Origin: Candidatus Poribacteria bacterium
GTDB lineage: Bacteria; Poribacteria; WGA-4E; WGA-3G
DNA: 64,000 bases
Assembly (NCBI GenBank): GCA_965215265.1
Contig: OZ244048.1
Span: 480,001 to 544,000, forward strand
Reading direction: 5' to 3'
Within the stretch, counting starts at the first letter, position 1. Every line of letters begins with the position of its first letter. The notes beneath the pieces are model-generated. The model did no database searches, was not told the DNA's origin, and worked only from the letters and a program-made list of their open reading frames with translations. Position numbers and translations under genes: made by a program. Below are positions 1 to 10,768 of this stretch, piece by piece.

Positions 1-123
1 AACGGCTGATGCGTTGTTAATGACTGTGTACATCTCGTCAGAGCCTTTTGATGTATTGAATCATAACAAGAATAAAAAAATGAAATTCCAAAACATTTGC
101 ATAGGGCAAGGAGAGACTTCGCA

Positions 124-3100
124 GTGCAGCACAAGTTATGCCCCAGCTGTGGCTTCTTGAATCCATCATTACAGTCCGATATCGGTTTGCAAACAATGCC
201 CAAGTTTTGTGGAAACTGCGCAAATCCACTCAGCAAAACAGAACCGAACCCTCAGGATAGTGTCTATCTGGATAAACGCACGACCGAGACACCTCGCCAG
301 GAACTGGATATCGCAACCAGAGGGACCGCCGAACGCCGCCAACTCACTGTACTCTTTTGTGATGTTGTGAACTCAACACAATTCACCGAAAAACTAGATC
401 CGGAAGAACTCCGAAATCTATTAGAGGCATACCGCGCCGGCGTCATGGAAGTCGTGTTAGCACAAAATGGACATATCGCACGATACTTTGGCGATGGAAT
501 CCTCGTCTATTTCGGATACCCCATCGCGCACGAAGATGCCGCGCATCGCGCCGTCAGAACTGCATTGGGTATTGTCGCCGCTATAGAGACACTCAATCCA
601 TACTTTAAAGCAAACTTTGATACCGAAATGCAGGTACGACTGAGTATTGAGACAGGGCTCGTTGTTGTCTGGCACATGGAAGGAGATGATGCACCTGAAC
701 CCATAGATATTGTCGGCAGAACACCCAACATCGCAGCCAGAATGCAAAATAGAGCTGAACCCAACACCATTGTCATTGGGAACACTACCCAGCAACTCAT
801 CCAAGGCTTTTTTAACTGCAAACCACTCGGCACTTCTAAACTACGAGGAATTTCACAGCCGGTACCTCTCTATCAAGTCTCGGGTGAAATCCCACAACAA
901 AGCCGCGTAGATGTCGAACGTGAAAGCGGATTAACACCCCTTATCGGACGAAAAGTTCAACTGCAACTCATGGAAAAATGCTGGACCGACGTTATCAACG
1001 GCAAAGGACATGCACTTCTCATTGAAGGCGAAGCCGGAATCGGAAAATCGCGCTGTATACAATGGCTTAAGGAGCACGTCAACGCCGAAGCGCATATCCT
1101 AGAGGGCAGAGGTTCACCTTATTACCAAAATAGTCCTCTCTATCCAATACTCGTCATCCTACAGCAGCTCTTGAAATTTACCAGCACCGATACACCGCAC
1201 AACAGACTACTAAAATTGGAGAAGTTTCTACAGAAAATAGGAAATTTACCGACTGAGACCTTCCCGCTCCTCGCAGAACTCCTTTTTTTAAAAACGCCCG
1301 CCCACCCAAATCCTTACGCAACACAAACCTTAAGCCCAGAACAACGTAGACAACAGACATGGGAAGGCCTTGTACACCTCTTACTTAAAGTCGCTGAGCG
1401 CAAACCAATCCTCTTTGTGGTTGAAGATCTACACTGGATTGATCCATCAACTCTCGCTTTTCTCGCTCTCTTAATTGCACGCAGTCAAAACGCCAGAATG
1501 TTGATAGCACTCACCTGCCGCTCCGAAAATAGCGAAAATATGGCACTCCTCGTACAAGAAACCAAACCCTCATGGACAACAGCAATTACTCTCAAACGCT
1601 TAACACCCAAGCAGGTTGAAACCATGATTCAGAACGTCGCAGAAGCACAACTCAAACTTGTGGATAAAAAACCGCTCACATCTATATCTGAAGACATCGT
1701 CGCGCAGATCGTCGATATGACTGAAGGGGTACCACTGTTTGTTGAAGAACTCACCCGCATGGTACTTGAAGGAAACCTGATAACTTTAACACCTACTTTC
1801 CCCGGAAATCAGCCCACAGAGATTCCGGTTACCCTCCAAGCACTGCTCACAGCACGGTTAGACCGGCTCGGACCAGCGAAAGAGATTGTACAACTCGGCG
1901 CAACCCTTGGAAGGGAATGGACCGGCGAACTCCTTCAGCAGCTACACGCATTGAATACCTCACCCGAAGCCCGGGGGGATGCCGATGCCGAAAACAATTG
2001 GCTTGAAACTCAATTGAAGGCACTCATTGAAGCGCAAATCCTTGATCAGAGATCCACACCAGACAATCAAGTTATTTATACCTTTAGACACCCCTTAATC
2101 CGGGAAACTGCCTACCAGTCTCTACTCAAAAGCACACGGCAGCAATATCATCAACAGATAGCAACCGTCCTGACAGAGGAATTTGGCACAATCGTGAACG
2201 CGCAGCCTGAATTGGTCGCACATCACTATACCGAAGCCGGCATCCCTGAGAAAGCAGTCGATTATTGGCAGCAGGCTGGACACCGGGCATTGGAACGCTC
2301 CGCAAACGTTGAAGGCACACGCCACATTACACTCGGGCTCGCCGCGCTCGAAAACTTGCCACCCACACCGGAACGAGCACGACGCGAACTCAGACTCCTC
2401 ACAACTATCGGACCTGCCTTCATTGCAACAAAGGGATACGCCTCTCTTGAAGTAGAACAAACTTATACCCGAGCGCGAGAACTCTTGGATGGGCTGGACA
2501 CCCTTGAAGCACAAACTACCTCAAGTCTATTCACACAGAACGAAGACCGACAAAACGTCAACGCCTTACGGTTCCCCGTCCTCTTTGGCTTGTGGCTCTC
2601 CTATCTTGTACAGGGACGGCTGCTCTCCGCACGCGAACTGGGTGAACAGTGCCTCGTTTTTGCAAAACAGCAGCACAACCCTGCCTTTGAAGTAGAAGCA
2701 CATAGAGCACTCGGAGCTACACTATATTATCTCAGTGAATTCAAAAGTGCACTCGCACACCTTGATGCCGGCCTCGCAGCCTACCAACCCCAAGAACACC
2801 CCGTCCCGGCTTTCTTACACTACCTGGCAGACCCGGGGATGACCTTACTCTCCTATTCCGCACCCCTTTTATGGAGCATCGGATACCCAGAACAAGCTGT
2901 CAGAAGGATTAAAGCCGCTGAGAACATCGGACACCAGAGACAGCACCCTTTTAGTAAGGTTGTCTCTCTACACTTTGCAACAGTCGTCTACCAATACCAA
3001 GAAGATGTCGATAAGGTCGAAGCCCTGGCAACACAAATGTTGAACCTCTGCCAGCAACACGGCTTCTTTATCTGGGAAGCGGCCGCAACCGTTATGAAAG

Positions 3101-3666
3101 GATGGGCACTCGCCGAAAAAGGCCAAGCAGAGCAAGGCATCGCCATGATACGCCGCGGCATCTCCGCATGGGAAACCACGCGCGCCGAAGTACTACGCCC
3201 CCTTTTTCTCGCACGCCTCGCACAAGCTTATCAGTGCGCACGGGAACTTGAACTCGCATTGCAGACTTTGGATGAAGCCATCGACGCAGTCAAAAAAACA
3301 GGAGAGCGGATGTACTTGGCCGAACTCTATAGACAGAAAGCAGAATGCTATAAACAACAATGTGGAAACCTTCACCATCAAGAAGGCGCAGAAACTGCAG
3401 CCTATACAAACGCAGAAACCTATTTCCAGAGAGCGTTAGCAGTCGCAAAGGCACAGGGGGCTAAGTCCTGGGAACTCCGGGCAGCAATCAGCCTCTGCCA
3501 ACTGTGGATGAGACATAGCAGCTCGCACACACAAGCCACATGCTCACGCAAGCAAGCGGCATACGCGCTTTTAAAACCGATATACACTTGGTTCTCTGAA
3601 GGCTTTGATACACCAAACCTCAATACAGCCAAGCAACTTCTCAATGAATTGGAGGCAAAACAATGA
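124..3666 (+). CDS. Class III adenylate/guanylate cyclase - AAA (STAND-type) ATPase - TPR-like protein with N-terminal double zinc ribbon
   Basis: CPSC...CGNC ribbon; cyclase motifs LFCDVVNST, YFGDGIL, PNIAARMQ; Walker A GEAGIGKS, Walker B VVEDLHW; helical C-terminus ending WFSEGFDT. GTG start at 124 chosen from the upstream AGGAG (ORF track starts at 97). Confidence 0.9.
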   Translation: MQHKLCPSCGFLNPSLQSDIGLQTMPKFCGNCANPLSKTEPNPQDSVYLDKRTTETPRQELDIATRGTAERRQLTVLFCDVVNSTQFTEKLDPEELRNLLEAYRAGVMEVVLAQNGHIARYFGDGILVYFGYPIAHEDAAHRAVRTALGIVAAIETLNPYFKANFDTEMQVRLSIETGLVVVWHMEGDDAPEPIDIVGRTPNIAARMQNRAEPNTIVIGNTTQQLIQGFFNCKPLGTSKLRGISQPVPLYQVSGEIPQQSRVDVERESGLTPLIGRKVQLQLMEKCWTDVINGKGHALLIEGEAGIGKSRCIQWLKEHVNAEAHILEGRGSPYYQNSPLYPILVILQQLLKFTSTDTPHNRLLKLEKFLQKIGNLPTETFPLLAELLFLKTPAHPNPYATQTLSPEQRRQQTWEGLVHLLLKVAERKPILFVVEDLHWIDPSTLAFLALLIARSQNARMLIALTCRSENSENMALLVQETKPSWTTAITLKRLTPKQVETMIQNVAEAQLKLVDKKPLTSISEDIVAQIVDMTEGVPLFVEELTRMVLEGNLITLTPTFPGNQPTEIPVTLQALLTARLDRLGPAKEIVQLGATLGREWTGELLQQLHALNTSPEARGDADAENNWLETQLKALIEAQILDQRSTPDNQVIYTFRHPLIRETAYQSLLKSTRQQYHQQIATVLTEEFGTIVNAQPELVAHHYTEAGIPEKAVDYWQQAGHRALERSANVEGTRHITLGLAALENLPPTPERARRELRLLTTIGPAFIATKGYASLEVEQTYTRARELLDGLDTLEAQTTSSLFTQNEDRQNVNALRFPVLFGLWLSYLVQGRLLSARELGEQCLVFAKQQHNPAFEVEAHRALGATLYYLSEFKSALAHLDAGLAAYQPQEHPVPAFLHYLADPGMTLLSYSAPLLWSIGYPEQAVRRIKAAENIGHQRQHPFSKVVSLHFATVVYQYQEDVDKVEALATQMLNLCQQHGFFIWEAAATVMKGWALAEKGQAEQGIAMIRRGISAWETTRAEVLRPLFLARLAQAYQCARELELALQTLDEAIDAVKKTGERMYLAELYRQKAECYKQQCGNLHHQEGAETAAYTNAETYFQRALAVAKAQGAKSWELRAAISLCQLWMRHSSSHTQATCSRKQAAYALLKPIYTWFSEGFDTPNLNTAKQLLNELEAKQ

Positions 3667-4523
3667 GACTCGGTGTTGTTGGAATATGTGGAGACTTCCG
3701 CACTCTCACCTCAGAACAACTCAAAAAAGTAAAGGAATTGGAATTCACGGGTATCAGCTTCCATTTTCGAAGTGAGGACATCCCTTCCGTTTCACCGGAC
3801 GTTTGCACCAAAACAGCAGAACTGCTCAAATCTGAACAACTCGACCTTGTCCAATTCGGCATTACCTATGAGCAATGCCTCTTCGATCCGAGAACCGACG
3901 TGCGCCACGCTGCCATCGATAATGTCACACGAGGCATGCCAACTGCCGTCTCACTCGGGGCACAATACTACTTGTTCCGGCCCGGAAGTCTAAATCCAGA
4001 CGGAGCATGGACATCTCACAGAGATAACTATCTCCCAATATCAATGACACGGTTAATTGAGACGCTCAAACCGATTGCAGAGCATGCTGAGCAGCAAGAA
4101 CTCACCCTCGTTATGGAAACACATGCCGTCTCAATTATGGATTCCCCAGAAACCTGCAGGGAAGTCGTCGAACGCGTCGGATCCGATAGGCTCCGAATCG
4201 TCATGGATTTCGTCAACCACTTCCAAACCCTGCGCCAAGTTTATGACTCCGAGGCACGACTCAATCACATTTTTGATGTTATGGGACGTGTCGCACCTAT
4301 GGCACACATCAAAGACATCAGCGTCCGAAACGGCTTAGTACTTCACCTTGACGAAGAAGTACCTGGGGAAGGTGAACTAAACATTGCCATTGCACTGAAG
4401 CGATTTCATAACATGTACCCAAACGGATACGGACTCATAGAACACCTCCCCGTACACAAAATACCGCTTGCAGCAGCCAATGTGAGGAGAATCGCCTCAC
4501 AAAATGGAATTCAGATTCATTGA
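3663..4523 (+). CDS. Sugar phosphate isomerase/epimerase (xylose isomerase-like TIM barrel)
   Basis: Metal-binding motifs VMETH, MDFVNH, HIKD, PGEG, IEH; ATGA overlap with the upstream gene. Confidence 0.85.
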   Translation: MRLGVVGICGDFRTLTSEQLKKVKELEFTGISFHFRSEDIPSVSPDVCTKTAELLKSEQLDLVQFGITYEQCLFDPRTDVRHAAIDNVTRGMPTAVSLGAQYYLFRPGSLNPDGAWTSHRDNYLPISMTRLIETLKPIAEHAEQQELTLVMETHAVSIMDSPETCREVVERVGSDRLRIVMDFVNHFQTLRQVYDSEARLNHIFDVMGRVAPMAHIKDISVRNGLVLHLDEEVPGEGELNIAIALKRFHNMYPNGYGLIEHLPVHKIPLAAANVRRIASQNGIQIH

Positions 4524-4561
4524 AGAGCTTGCGCGTAAAGTTATCGAGGAATCATAACCTA

Positions 4562-4581
4562 GAATGGCTCAGACGAGATTT
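4562..4581 (+). repeat. 20-bp direct repeat, copy 1 (GAAYGGCTCAGACGAGATTT)
   Basis: 19/20 identical to 7442-7461; the two copies flank the 848-aa gene. Confidence 0.7.
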
Positions 4582-4590
4582 ATCTATAGA

Positions 4591-4650
4591 TTGGCAGGTA
4601 AAAGGTAGTAAGCGTATCCTGAAGGATATGCTTACTACCTATCCTGCCAA
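4591..4650. repeat. Long palindrome, GTAG-type REP-like hairpin
   Basis: 17-bp stem AGGTAGTAAGCGTATCC / GGATATGCTTACTACCT (one G-T pair) plus outer stem TTGGCAGG / CCTGCCAA; a second hairpin follows at 4682-4719. Confidence 0.65.
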
Positions 4651-4736
4651 CACACGAGCTATCATTACATAGACGTTGATGGTTAAGAATTCGCCCTGCT
4701 TGCAGGGACAATTCTTAACGGAGATATACGAAAAAT

Positions 4737-7283
4737 TTGAATCACATTCTCATGACAAACATGCAAAGGGTGATACACATGTATAAATCAAGAAAACGTT
4801 CAGCAAGACTACTTCGCAATATGCACCTTTACCTCAGTGCTGTCCTCATTTTATTCGCGCTCCTCCACATTGCAATAGCGCAAGAGACAACTGCAGTTGA
4901 AGAAGCAGAGAAACAGGTAAGAACCCTTTGGAGCAGAGTACAACCTTACGTTGCAGTTAGTGTCATTGTATTCATCTTTACCAGCATCACTTATCTGATA
5001 CGGCTCTTTAAGAAAGACAAACTCTTGAAGAAACTCCTGAACAAATACGTCGTTTTCCAGATGAAAAACGGGCATCGGTATCGTGGAACGATGCGACTTG
5101 AATTCACCGGAATGGAAATCATCTCTGAAGAATCCAGGCAGCGTGGACATGCACCCAGTTATATCTTCACCAACCCGGAAAGAGAGGACGGCATCGTCGC
5201 ATACATTCGCTATCACGACATGATGAATGAGCGAGAACGCCGAGAACGCTTATGGGAACTTGAACGCGTTCACCATCCACCCTTGTTCTACAGAATCGCA
5301 CGAAAAATACGAAATATGTTCATTGCACTTAGAGAAGCTGTTGAACAAGCCATCTCTATGCTCTGGTCCAGTATACAAAAAAGTACAAAAGGGCGAGTCG
5401 CCAGATACAATGAAATCTACCGTGCTACCCAAGATGGAAACGGAGATCTTTCGGATAGACTTGATACCATTCAGCAGGAATCTACACAATACTTGGATCA
5501 GGAGAGTTATGAACGTCTCATTGAACGTCTCATCGGCACACGCGTCAAAGTCCGAACACACACCGGAGAATACACCGCCATCCTCAAGGATTACAACGAG
5601 AAGCATATCTCCCTCATGAATGTGAAAGATGAAGACAACAACGGATACAAAGACGAATGGGAATATATGCACAAACACGATCACAATATCGAAAAAGTGA
5701 ATTATCGCGACGACCGCGGATTACGCTGCCGAATGGAAGGCGACGATCAGAACGGATACAAAGTGGTCTTTGAAAACAATACACCCTATACCATCCAACT
5801 CGGACGCATCATCTTGCAGGAAGACGCACCGAAGTGGGAAAAGGATTATGAGTATAAATACCATATTGCCCCTTTTAGCGTGCAAAAGTTATCCATACAA
5901 CCGCAGGTCAATCGGCGTGTAAAACCTTTTCACAACGTCTCTAAGCGCATTCAACTTACACCGAAAAACTACAAAAAAATCGGGTTCAAGTTTCGCGCTT
6001 TTCGCGATGCTGATATTGTCTTCCCACGCCGCTATTGCACAATCGTTGAAAGTGCCGAAAAATATCAGCCGGAGCTCTTCAGTCTAACCGGATTGACTGA
6101 TGCAATCTTGGACCGACAGGACACCGAAGGCATCGCTATCACTGACAAGGAAGGAAATCCTATTCATGGCATAAACGTCGTTCACGGATACGTCACAAAT
6201 GTTAATGAAGAACGCATTGACTTGAAGACTATTGATGTCAGTTATAGCCGACGCTGGAATGTTGAAAATGCCTTTGCTCGCTTCGATACAAAACTCCGCA
6301 CCGGATTCTCCATAATAGAGCGATGGCTACCTTTTAATCGCAAACAATTAACCGCATACGCCTCTCTTTTTGAACAAGTGCATCAAAACCCAAAGAGAAA
6401 ATCTATCTTAGCACCGCTAATTTATGGAGAAAAAACTAAGGCAGGCAGCCACACACCGCCAATTCAACGCTTACAGAAAAAATTCGGAATACTGCCTTCG
6501 CACACCAAAACCCCGCTCCCCCTTAAAGTCCTCGCACTCACAGGCAACATTACCACCCAAGAGATGCCTGTCCTTGAACGTTTTGAATACATTCGAGAAC
6601 ATCATATCATCTACAAAACCATCCAGGATTTGCGAACCGACAAACTCGCAAAAACGGATATTTTGTGGATAGGCGCAGGAGAAATCTACAAAGCCGGATA
6701 CCGGCTGAACATTGACGCCGAACACCGCATAAAGAACTTCGTCAGCCAAGGCGGTATCGTCATCGTCTCCGGACAAGATTTCAAGGCAAATTATAAGCAG
6801 CGGCGCGGCACAGGATGGAGCCCAGAACCCCTCACCGGGGTCGAATGTGAAGAAACTGAAAACTTGATACCTACTTTCCGCGGAAAGCGATCCGGCATTT
6901 TCAAACAGCCTAATCTCTTAAATGGAAAAAGCATCACTGACTCCGACGCAATAGACAAGCCCACAGTACGGCTCGACGATATGTGGTTCGATCCACTCGG
7001 GAAATGGACATCACTCGCCAAAATTTCAAACCCGCAGGCGCTTCAGGTAAACATAAACAGAACTAGAGAACACGAGGCATCACCTCTGCTAATGCTTCCC
7101 TTTCAGAACGGATTGTACATCGTCACCAGTTTGAAAAACGAAATGGAAACTGATGTTGAAGCCAATCAGAATCTCATGGAGAATCTCCTCCATTTTTCTG
7201 TCAAATGGCTGGATAACCAGAAACAGACGGATTCAGTCCGACGCTTTTTCTCCAGACCCGGTAACGTAACAGCCAGGGGCTAA
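4737..7283 (+). CDS. Hypothetical membrane-anchored protein with two Sm/LSm-like segments and a C-terminal class I glutamine amidotransferase-like domain
   Basis: 848-aa ORF with two N-terminal hydrophobic helices; Sm1-like segments LLNKYVVFQMKNGHRYRG and LIGTRVKVRTHTGEYTAILKDY; C-terminal DILWIG...IKNFVSQGGIVIV...NLMENLL. Start uncertain (ATG at 4779 is an alternative). Confidence 0.6.
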   Translation: MNHILMTNMQRVIHMYKSRKRSARLLRNMHLYLSAVLILFALLHIAIAQETTAVEEAEKQVRTLWSRVQPYVAVSVIVFIFTSITYLIRLFKKDKLLKKLLNKYVVFQMKNGHRYRGTMRLEFTGMEIISEESRQRGHAPSYIFTNPEREDGIVAYIRYHDMMNERERRERLWELERVHHPPLFYRIARKIRNMFIALREAVEQAISMLWSSIQKSTKGRVARYNEIYRATQDGNGDLSDRLDTIQQESTQYLDQESYERLIERLIGTRVKVRTHTGEYTAILKDYNEKHISLMNVKDEDNNGYKDEWEYMHKHDHNIEKVNYRDDRGLRCRMEGDDQNGYKVVFENNTPYTIQLGRIILQEDAPKWEKDYEYKYHIAPFSVQKLSIQPQVNRRVKPFHNVSKRIQLTPKNYKKIGFKFRAFRDADIVFPRRYCTIVESAEKYQPELFSLTGLTDAILDRQDTEGIAITDKEGNPIHGINVVHGYVTNVNEERIDLKTIDVSYSRRWNVENAFARFDTKLRTGFSIIERWLPFNRKQLTAYASLFEQVHQNPKRKSILAPLIYGEKTKAGSHTPPIQRLQKKFGILPSHTKTPLPLKVLALTGNITTQEMPVLERFEYIREHHIIYKTIQDLRTDKLAKTDILWIGAGEIYKAGYRLNIDAEHRIKNFVSQGGIVIVSGQDFKANYKQRRGTGWSPEPLTGVECEETENLIPTFRGKRSGIFKQPNLLNGKSITDSDAIDKPTVRLDDMWFDPLGKWTSLAKISNPQALQVNINRTREHEASPLLMLPFQNGLYIVTSLKNEMETDVEANQNLMENLLHFSVKWLDNQKQTDSVRRFFSRPGNVTARG

Positions 7284-7441
7284 CCAGCAGTAGCCAAATA
7301 ATGTAGATTGGGAGAAGACGGTGCGGGAGCAAGGCGGCCATCCGCGTGAGATTGAGGAGCTTGTTTTGAAAGCGATAAACGGTGATGATACGGAGGAGGA
7401 GTCCGTTGACGGAGGACAGTGATGTTTAGAGTCAATACATC

Positions 7442-7461
7442 GAACGGCTCAGACGAGATTT
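7442..7461 (+). repeat. 20-bp direct repeat, copy 2
   Basis: 19/20 identical to 4562-4581. Confidence 0.7.
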
Positions 7462-7517
7462 TCACAGTTATTGACAATACATCAGGCGTTATCGGGCTGA
7501 AATATACAAAAATTTGA

Positions 7518-10514
7518 TTAATCCGTTTTCTTATTAGCATCCCGGTAATTTTCAAGGGCTTTTATAACTTCATCCGCATCCACTGTTTTAAAAACTTCAT
7601 CCAGAATCTCAGCTAGCGTTGGTCCTGCTTCTTTCCTTTCATCTATTGTACTAGACTCTGGAGCGACCTTCTGTCCCACAAATACATTCTCCACCGCACT
7701 TGTAAAAGACTTATCCCAAGCCACTTCATGATCCGCAGTCCTCACAGCAACTGCCACGAGTTTAGGACGTTTTTGCCCCGAATCCAGCGAACGTTCCGAC
7801 TCCGATAAGGAACCCGTTTGTGAACTAATATTCAGCTTCCCCCCATTTTTCGGAACAAGGTAGATAGGCTCAACGTAAAAAATACCACCGTCAATCGGAA
7901 TAACGTGTAGATTGCCCCGGATTATGTTCTCTGCACCCCAGTCTCGAATTTTGCCGTGATCCGACAGAACCTTTTCAATATCCGCCTCCACCTGCGTCGG
8001 ACCTTCAATGTTCTGCTCCGTTGGCAGGATATAGGCAATTCGCTCACCGTAGTGTGGCGCATCGCACCTAGCTACCAACCAGGCTTTCAAAAAGGTATCC
8101 CGGCGTGGCGGTGTAAAAGGGATTATGTTAACAAATTCCAACTCTGTTTCCCCCGGTAATTTCAACATCGCGTAATACGGCATCATCTCCTGATCCGGCT
8201 CTGCCGAATAATAAGTTTCCTTCGGGATTTTCCAACGCCGAGTCTTATTGTAAAAATTCTGAGTATCCTCAGCTGCGATATGATAGTCACCATACATTTT
8301 CGCTTGAATGCGTGTCAGATAATCCGGAAATCGTAGATGTGCCCGCAACCCTGCCGGCATCTCATCTAACGGTTTAAACAGATTTGTAAAACCACGCTGA
8401 TAACTGTCTGTAAGCGGCTCATCCGGATGAATTAAGTAAAAAGAAACCGAACCCGTATAAGCGTTGATAACCCCCACACCAGCATTCCGGATGTAATTGA
8501 ATTTCTTAAAAGTCGGTTCAGCGTACACATCAAGATTCGGGGTTAGAGACGTATCGTCAACATAGAATTGTGCATTCGGATAATACGTGCTTGTCACATA
8601 GAAATCAACAATCCACCATAATTGGCCATCGTCAATTACAATATACGGATCCGGATCGTAGTCAAGGAAAGGAGCAATATGCGACAGCCGGTCGCTTACT
8701 AGCTGCTTGCCGCGACGCGTACCGATTTTCCGCCAAAACATAATACGACTCTCCTCTGTAATCTCCGCAGGAAGAAGAATCTGAAAAAAGTCAAACCGCA
8801 CCGCAAAACAGAGACGGCGAAACCAACCACCAAGGCGAACCCCACCGCTGCCACTATAGTAATAGGCACCCGGAGTTGGGCGGGTGGAAGCAGCACCGGA
8901 CACCTTTTCTACTGAATCCGTATCCGAAGCTGTCATAATGTTATATTCCCCATTCTTCGTATTAACAATCACATAATCATGAGTCAATTCACCATAGTAA
9001 ATGCGCGGTTGCGTGATGTTTAATGTCGGCTTATACTTATCCTCTATCACTATCGGCACATCCTTAACCCATAAATTTGGTAAACCGTTGTCTATAAATT
9101 CGTTGACCGGCGCTAAACACACACCATAACCATGCGTAAATTGCAGCTTAAGTTTTGACCACTCCTTATCGTCAGAGTCCGGAACAATTTCTCGGGCAGC
9201 GACAAAAACCTGTCTATACTCTTCAGATTCGCCTACCCGATACCGGTCCACATCCGTATACGCGTTAAAGTCATGCTTTACCTTAATTTGAGCCGTACGC
9301 AACACATGGTAAAACACCCGACGATCCCAGAGCTGAATATTGTCCCTTACCCCTATATTTCCATTCACCATCTCCAAAGTCGCAAACCCTTTTTCATAGG
9401 TTTTCTCTTCTATTTCCTCTAAATCAAAAGCCTCACGCGTTGATTGAATGTGACGCGGAATATAAGGTGCCTCCTTCGGCGGAGGATTAAACCGAACCTC
9501 CGTAAAAAACACGCCCAACGGATAAATGTGAATCACCGCAACATAGCTCACCAACCATACACAGAGCGCTGAATACCACAGAAGCCGCTTGCGCCAAAAC
9601 AGATTCACTAAGATTGCTACACCTATTCCAATAAGAATACCACAATAGAGCAGCGTCGCACCTTCAAACTTTGCATCTACATAAAAGTAGCCATGAAGAC
9701 TACTTAATCCCTCCGAAAGAGGCCTCGTGTAGACTTTGTTCCATAAATTTACATAACCCCGCCAAACACCTACAGCAAGCAACATTAACCATAAAATAGA
9801 ACCATGCACAACGATATATCTTTTTACGCGCATCATCGTACGCGCATCACGACGATAGTAAAAGTTATAGAGCAAACCCACAACAACGCACGTCACCCAG
9901 AGTAAAATTTCTACCCATTGGCTTACCCACCGATGCAACGGAAATGCAAAGAGATAGAAATCAACCGACTTTCCAAAGTAACTATTTGACTCAAGACCTG
10001 ATTCCGCAACCGGCTTATTCACATACCGGAAAGCCGCCTCGTCTAAATTCAACACCGGCGCAGCAAGAATTATAGCGGCAAAAAAGATTAAGATGAACAC
10101 TGTCCAATGAAAAGAGACTGTACGAGAATGTGTCCACCGCCCAAATTCACGCGACTCCGGACACAACCGATTTGCAAATGCCGCATTCAGGTTCATAAAA
10201 CCGAGTGCCACAATAAAAAATACACCAAACAGCCCCCAACGCCAGAATACACGTTCCCAAAGAACAGCCGCATACCCTACGCTTTCAAACCAGAGGTGCT
10301 CCGTGTACAGGTAAGCCACCGGCACAATACTGCTGCATGCTATCAATCCACTCACGCACCATAGGAGATACCCTTGCACCTTGAACCAGCGATGCCGAGA
10401 CTTAACGTTACCATAACCAAGTCCTCTCCGATAACGCCTAATCCCCCATACCAACGTCACTACGACGAGGACAAGACATACACCCAGTTGAGAAATCGCA
10501 AAATTAACTGACAT
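7518..10514 (-). CDS. UPF0182 family membrane protein
   Basis: Multi-TM N-terminus with LWFESVGY; family motifs DVDRY, FTHGYG, PRIYYGE, DPDPY, NYIRN, HLRFP, YVEPIY. Alternative start at 10580. Confidence 0.9.
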   Translation of the reverse strand: MSVNFAISQLGVCLVLVVVTLVWGIRRYRRGLGYGNVKSRHRWFKVQGYLLWCVSGLIACSSIVPVAYLYTEHLWFESVGYAAVLWERVFWRWGLFGVFFIVALGFMNLNAAFANRLCPESREFGRWTHSRTVSFHWTVFILIFFAAIILAAPVLNLDEAAFRYVNKPVAESGLESNSYFGKSVDFYLFAFPLHRWVSQWVEILLWVTCVVVGLLYNFYYRRDARTMMRVKRYIVVHGSILWLMLLAVGVWRGYVNLWNKVYTRPLSEGLSSLHGYFYVDAKFEGATLLYCGILIGIGVAILVNLFWRKRLLWYSALCVWLVSYVAVIHIYPLGVFFTEVRFNPPPKEAPYIPRHIQSTREAFDLEEIEEKTYEKGFATLEMVNGNIGVRDNIQLWDRRVFYHVLRTAQIKVKHDFNAYTDVDRYRVGESEEYRQVFVAAREIVPDSDDKEWSKLKLQFTHGYGVCLAPVNEFIDNGLPNLWVKDVPIVIEDKYKPTLNITQPRIYYGELTHDYVIVNTKNGEYNIMTASDTDSVEKVSGAASTRPTPGAYYYSGSGGVRLGGWFRRLCFAVRFDFFQILLPAEITEESRIMFWRKIGTRRGKQLVSDRLSHIAPFLDYDPDPYIVIDDGQLWWIVDFYVTSTYYPNAQFYVDDTSLTPNLDVYAEPTFKKFNYIRNAGVGVINAYTGSVSFYLIHPDEPLTDSYQRGFTNLFKPLDEMPAGLRAHLRFPDYLTRIQAKMYGDYHIAAEDTQNFYNKTRRWKIPKETYYSAEPDQEMMPYYAMLKLPGETELEFVNIIPFTPPRRDTFLKAWLVARCDAPHYGERIAYILPTEQNIEGPTQVEADIEKVLSDHGKIRDWGAENIIRGNLHVIPIDGGIFYVEPIYLVPKNGGKLNISSQTGSLSESERSLDSGQKRPKLVAVAVRTADHEVAWDKSFTSAVENVFVGQKVAPESSTIDERKEAGPTLAEILDEVFKTVDADEVIKALENYRDANKKTD

Positions 10515-10768
10515 AATTTTTCCTATCTGCTGCAATCGATTGCTTAGTGCTCTTAACCTAGCATTATCATCCGGCACCAATTAGAATAACACCGTTTTAT
10601 CAAAAATTCAAGAAAAACCCCAATAAGACGCAATGTAGAAAAATGTTGAACTGCAAACGCGAATTTGGTATAATATCATAATCAAGTAATCAATCTCTTT
10701 TTTAGGCAATCAAACTCCTGAACGTAACGTCTTAATGTAGTATCCCTGATCGCAGACAAAAAACCAAA

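Noticed and set aside
4677-4688. 12-nt reverse-strand match to the spacer copy at 35219
   Set aside because: Seed positions 1, 3 and 4 mismatch; likely chance.
10726-10736. 11-nt exact match (AACGTCTTAAT) to the seed of the 26-nt mini-array spacer, in the FMN reductase leader
   Set aside because: The 5' flank is CGT, not YCN; the match ends at 11 nt and is compatible with chance.
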